Positions 60,567 through 64,000 of a stretch of DNA of 64,000 bases are shown here, one piece after another (the stretch's first letter is position 1; each line of letters begins with the position of its first letter). The position numbers and the translations under genes are program-made. The stretch comes from Mobula hypostoma (lineage: Eukaryota): NCBI RefSeq assembly GCF_963921235.1, contig NC_086104.1, positions 142,228,001 to 142,292,000 of the forward strand, read 5' to 3'. The notes below the pieces were generated by a model. That model was given only the letters and a program-made list of their open reading frames with translations. It did not search any database and was not told the origin of the DNA.

Positions 60567-61369
60567 TAGGCATTCTACTTATTTTCTGTCTTGGGATCCA
60601 CTACCAACCTGATTTTCCCAATCTAACTACATATCCTAATCCCCCATGACTATGGTAACGTTGACCTTTTTACATGCCTTTGTTATCTCCCATTCTAATT
60701 TGTAATCCACACCCCGGCTACTGTTCGAAGTCCTGCACGTTACTCCCATCATATTACCGTTACAACTTCTTATCTCTACCCACAAGGATTCTACATCTTC
60801 TGATCCCACGTCACCTGTTTCTAAGGATGCTGCCTGGATTAGAATCCATGTCTGATGAGGATAGGTGGAGCAAGCTCGGGCTTTTCTCTCTGGAATCTAG
60901 AGTGACAGAGGATGTGAGGTGGCTTGATAGAGAGATACAAGATAAAAGGCATAGATTAAGTGGATAGCCAGAGAGGTTTTCCCAGATAGAAACGGATAAT
61001 ACCAGGAGACTTAACTTTAAGGTGATTGGAAGAAAGTATGGAGGAGATGTCAGTGGTATGTTTTTTACATAGACAGCAGTGTGTCCACAGAACGCCTTGC
61101 CGAGGTAGTGGTAGAGGAAGATACACTAGAGGCATTTAAAAGACTTCTATATAAGCACATGGATGAATGAAAAATAGAGGGCTCTGTAAGAGAGAAGAAT
61201 TAGATTGATCTTGGATTAGTTTAATAGGTTGGCACAACATTCTGGTCCAAAGGTCCTGTACTATGCTGTGTTGTTCATGTTCTAGGTTCTATGCACTTGC
61301 TCTGATTGAATCCGCACATTTGCTCTCAGAGCAGTTGGTGCTAGCAGGTCAAGATCTTGAATTTAAAAA

Positions 61370-61620
61370 AAAAAATTATTTGTTTACAGGATGTGGGCAT
61401 CGCCAGCTAAGCCAGCATTTAATGCCCATCCCTAGTTGCCCTTATGGAAGGTGGTGATCAGCTGCCTTCTTGAACCGCTGCAATCCCTGAGGTGTAGGGA
61501 CACCCACAGTGCTGTAAGGGAGGGAATTCCATGACTTTGACTCAGCGACAATGAAGGAACAGCGATACGTTTCATCCTTCTATGTGGTAACGGTCGTGGG
61601 TCCGGAAGGTGCTACCTTAG
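61370..61620 (-). mobile_element. Old CR1/L2-group LINE 3' end
   Basis: SFIVAESKSWNSLP...LQRFKKAADHHL peptide; its tail matches the SINE tail at 10880-10925. Confidence 0.65.
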
Positions 61621-62212
61621 GATCTCTCATGTGATGAAGCTAAATTTCCAATCAGTAACCAATTCTATGTCTATTTTAGCTTTTCAATTTTTTTTTTACA
61701 TCATCAAAACTTGAGTTGTCTATTCTCCAATGGGTGTTGCGCCTTTGATTTCTTGCCACTGCACATTGGGTGATACATCATTGTTGTGACTGCTTCACAC
61801 TGCTACTCACAGTCACACTTTGACCCTACTGAAAAGTTAATCCTCAAGTGTTTTTATTGACACTAGACAATATTTAAGGTATGTGATATTATGAGAAGAT
61901 TAATATCCAAGCAGAAATCGCAATAATTAAAGGACATTGAGGTCATTGGTAAAGGGAATAAATGGAAACTCAGATAAACAGGATTTGAAATTGGAGTGGA
62001 TTTCACTGCCAAAAATCACAGAAAAGGCAGAATTACTAATCTCATTTAAAAATAGTTAATGGATTTTTGATGCGGTGTAATTTAAAGCAAGTAGAACTGG
62101 CCTTAATTGTCTTTTTTTGGACATGATAGACAAGTAACTATTTTTTTATGGCCCACATAGGGTTCTGTGGTTCTATGGGCAGATGCAGTTACCTGTAAAA
62201 TATGTCCATTTG

Positions 62213-62400
62213 CCCCTCCAAGAGGACCACAACCTCTTCGTAGGGTTTGGAGGTTTGCGTGTCTCAAAGACCCATAGAGCTATGTTGGCTGGAGGCAGGG
62301 CTTCATGCTTTTGCTCTTGTTAGGATCACCCAAGCCAAGCAGGTTAAAGGGCAGAGGCCAAACTAAGAGATGTCCATCATTCCTCCAGGTTCTGAGGGTT
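62213..62400 (+). mobile_element. RTE 5' UTR (full element or bipartite derivative), cut by a CR1 insertion
   Basis: CCTCCAAGAGGACCACAACC...GGTTAAAGGGCAGAGGCC homologous to 27107-27295. Confidence 0.8.
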
Positions 62401-64000
62401 CATAGAAACATAGAAAATAGGTGCAGGAGTAAGCCATTTGGCCCTTCGAGCCTGCACTGCCATTCAGTATGATCATGGCTGATCATCCAACTTAGAATCC
62501 TGTACCTGCCTTCTCTCCATACCCCCGATCCCTTTAGCCACAAGGGCCATATCTAACTCCCTCTTAAATATAGTCAGTGAACTGGCCTCAACTGTTTCTT
62601 GTGGCAGAGAATTCCACAGATTCACCACTCTCTGTGTGAAGAAGTTTTTCCATATCTCGATCCTAAAAGGCTTCCCTTTTATCCTCAAACTGCGACCCCC
62701 TCGTTCTGGACTTCCCCAACATCGGGAACAATCTTCCTACATCTAGCCTGTCCAATCCCTTTAGAGTTTTATACATTTCAATAAGATCCTCCCTCAATCT
62801 TCTAAATCCCAGAGAGTATAAGCCTAATTGATCCAGTCTTTCATCCGATTAAAGTCCTGCCATCCCAGGAATCAATCTGGTGAACCTTCTTTGTACTCCC
62901 TCTATGGCAAGAATGTCTTTCCTCAGATTAGGGGACCAAAACTGCACACAATACTCCAGGTGTGGTCTCCCCAAGGCCTTGTACAACTACAGTAGTACCT
63001 CCCTGCTCCTGCACTCAAATCCACTTGCTATGAATGCCAGCATACCATTTGCCTTTTTCACCGCCTGCTGTACCTGCATGCCCACTTTCAATGACGGGTG
63101 TACAATGACACCCAGGTCTTGTTGCACCTCCCCTTTTCCTAATCGGCCACCATTCAGATAATAATCTGTTTTCCTGTTCTTGCCACCAAAGTGGATAACT
63201 TCACATTTATCCACATTAAATTGCATCTGCCATGAATTTGCCCACTCACCTAACCTATCCAAGTCACCCTGCATCCTCCTCACAGCTAACACTGCCGCCC
63301 AGCTTCGTGTCATCTGCAAACTTGGAGATGCTGCATTTAATTCCCTCGTCTAAGTTATTAATATATATTGTAAACAACTGGGCTCCCAGCACTGAGCCTT
63401 GCGGTACTCCACTAGTCACTGCCTGCCATTCTGAAAAGGTCCCGTTTATTCCCACTCTTTGCTTCCTGTCTGCCAACCAGTTCTCTATCCACATCTATAC
63501 CATACCCCCAATACCGTGTGCTTTAAGTTTGCACACTAATCTCCTGTGTGGAACCTTGTCAAAAGCCTTTTGAAAATCCAAATATACCACATCCACTGGT
63601 TCTCCCCTATCCACTCTACTAGTTACATCCTCAAAAAATTCTATGAGATTCGTCAGACATGATTTTCCTTTCACAAATCCATGCTGACTTTGTCCGATGA
63701 TTTCACCGCTTTCCAAATGTATCACATCTTTGATAACTGACTCTAGTATTTTCCCCAGCACCGATGTCAGGCTTACCGGTCTATAATTTCCTGGTTTCTT
63801 TCTCCCTCCTTTTTTAGAAAGCAGGGTTACATTAGCCACCCTCCAATCCTCAGGAACTAATCCAGAATCTAAAGAGTTTTGAAAAATTATCACTAGTGCA
63901 TCCATTATTTCTTAGGCTACTTCCTTAAGCACTCTGGGATGCAGACCATCTGTCCCTGGGGAGTTATCTGCCTTTAATGCTTTCAATTTACCTAACACCA
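62401..64000 (-). mobile_element. Fairly young CR1 ORF2 (RT to 3' end) with small lesions; continues off the right edge
   Basis: [40 protein letters not shown]; stop at 63495 and frameshifts; CATAGAAACATAGAAA tail. Confidence 0.92.

Larger units (their letters stand above)
57925..60800 (-). mobile_element. Decayed antisense CR1 ORF2 with nested Penelope-derived elements and a SINE
   Basis: VRPHLEYCEQFW, KFADDT, KSPVPDGLHPSVLKE peptides. Confidence 0.85.
57405..61290 (+). mobile_element. CR1 3' part split into 57405-57920 and 60820-61290
   Basis: SKFADD..LQQDIDRMQSWAEK..; QKRYT / RMLPGLES resumes across the insertion. Confidence 0.8.

Noticed and set aside
1-64000. CRISPR arrays, operons or prokaryotic defence systems
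   Set aside because: The sequence is eukaryotic and repeat-rich; the recurring motifs are dispersed TE copies, not regularly spaced repeat-spacer units.
1-64000. Most 60-160 aa ORFs in the track as host genes
   Set aside because: They are TE fragments, antisense shadows of TE ORFs, or low-complexity chance ORFs, many with non-ATG starts; none resembles a cellular protein I recognise.

Overview
Eukaryotic (vertebrate) genomic DNA that is AT-rich and made up mostly of nested transposable-element sequence. The repeat set is CR1 LINEs with short tandem tails, Rex/Babar LINEs, RTE, L1, V-SINEs, Deu-domain SINEs, Penelope-derived short elements, Tc1 derivatives and Gypsy LTRs. It points to a cartilaginous fish, probably a ray (inference from recognising the families, not from a search). 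I found no host protein-coding exon, rRNA, true tRNA or CRISPR array, so the window reads as gene desert or the inside of a large intron. The only intact genes are ORF1 (zinc finger + coiled coil + SGNH/GDSL esterase) and ORF2 (APE endonuclease + reverse transcriptase) of a ~4.1-kb CR1 on the minus strand (27815-31891). This CR1 sits inside a full-length but decayed RTE (27107-34390) whose target-site duplication (TSD) is still visible. Main points of interest: (i) CR1 ORF2 has no usable AUG, lies in the -1 frame overlapping the end of ORF1, and follows an A-UUA-AAC-stop heptamer, suggesting programmed -1 frameshifting; (ii) short Penelope-derived insertions with 12-16 bp TSDs carry minimal type I hammerhead ribozyme motifs, one with an intact core; (iii) internally deleted bipartite RTE derivatives occur alongside their full-length parent type; (iv) a few TE-poor islands carry Pbx-Hox/Meis/TCF/ETS/GATA motifs and are candidate enhancers. 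Boundaries of decayed repeats were read by eye and are approximate (tens of bp) unless a TSD is quoted.
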